Positions 58,152 through 58,187 of a stretch of DNA of 58,187 nucleotides are shown one piece after another. A model generated the notes under the pieces. The model saw nothing but the letters and a program-made list of their open reading frames with translations. It was not told the DNA's origin and made no database searches. Source of the DNA: Calditrichia bacterium (lineage in GTDB: Bacteria > Calditrichota > Calditrichia > JAJRVZ01). How positions within the stretch are numbered: position 1 is the stretch's first letter; each line of letters starts with the position of its first letter. Made by a program: the position numbers and the translations under genes. The stretch is from NCBI GenBank assembly GCA_023132435.1, contig JAGLYF010000239.1, positions 1 to 58,187 of the forward strand, given 5' to 3'.

Positions 58152-58187
58152 AAATAACGTTCAGTATAAGAATAGTAGCCGATTGCG
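58152..58187 (-). mobile_element. Partial attC site cut by window end
   Basis: Minus strand ...CGGCTACTATTCTTATACTGAAC-GTTATTT upstream of the cassette genes. Confidence 0.6.

Larger units (their letters stand above)
41097..58187. mobile_element. Composite genomic island integrated at tRNA-Leu(GAG); right boundary uncertain
   Basis: Integrase directly after tRNA; phage-like, replication and cassette genes; core synteny ends. Confidence 0.8.

Noticed and set aside
41097-58187. Intact prophage
   Set aside because: No capsid, terminase, tail or lysis genes in the window

Overview
AT-rich bacterial chromosomal window. Gene content suggests an FCB-related lineage such as Calditrichota or KSB1 (inference). 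Bases 1-41096 are core genome: parAB, M23 peptidase, bactofilin, a complete F1Fo ATP synthase operon, a seven-gene TPR/TonB/ExbBDD/AgmX-type cluster resembling the myxobacterial Agl-Glt motor, aspS, a lipoprotein/LysM pair, phoH, thiolase, hbd, nusB, secA, two nucleoside deaminases, galK, gap-pgk-tpiA-secG and tRNA-Leu(GAG). From 41097 to the window end is a composite island integrated at the tRNA. It carries a tyrosine integrase with arm-type repeats, a truncated DUF5131 gene, a stand-alone family-A/T7-like (TV-Pol-like) polymerase and a possible NADAR-like partner. Next come four integron-style gene cassettes separated not by normal attC hairpins but by a ~250-bp AT-rich repeat with core sites at both ends. 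After these are two tandem Ser/Thr kinase-TPR genes, a phage-type replication initiator with internal iterons and an attenuator-like leader, and a second cassette array with canonical attC sites. No integron integrase is in the window. The best candidates for new biology are the long double-ended cassette spacers, the polymerase module and the Agl-Glt-like cluster. All family calls come from motif recognition, not database searches.
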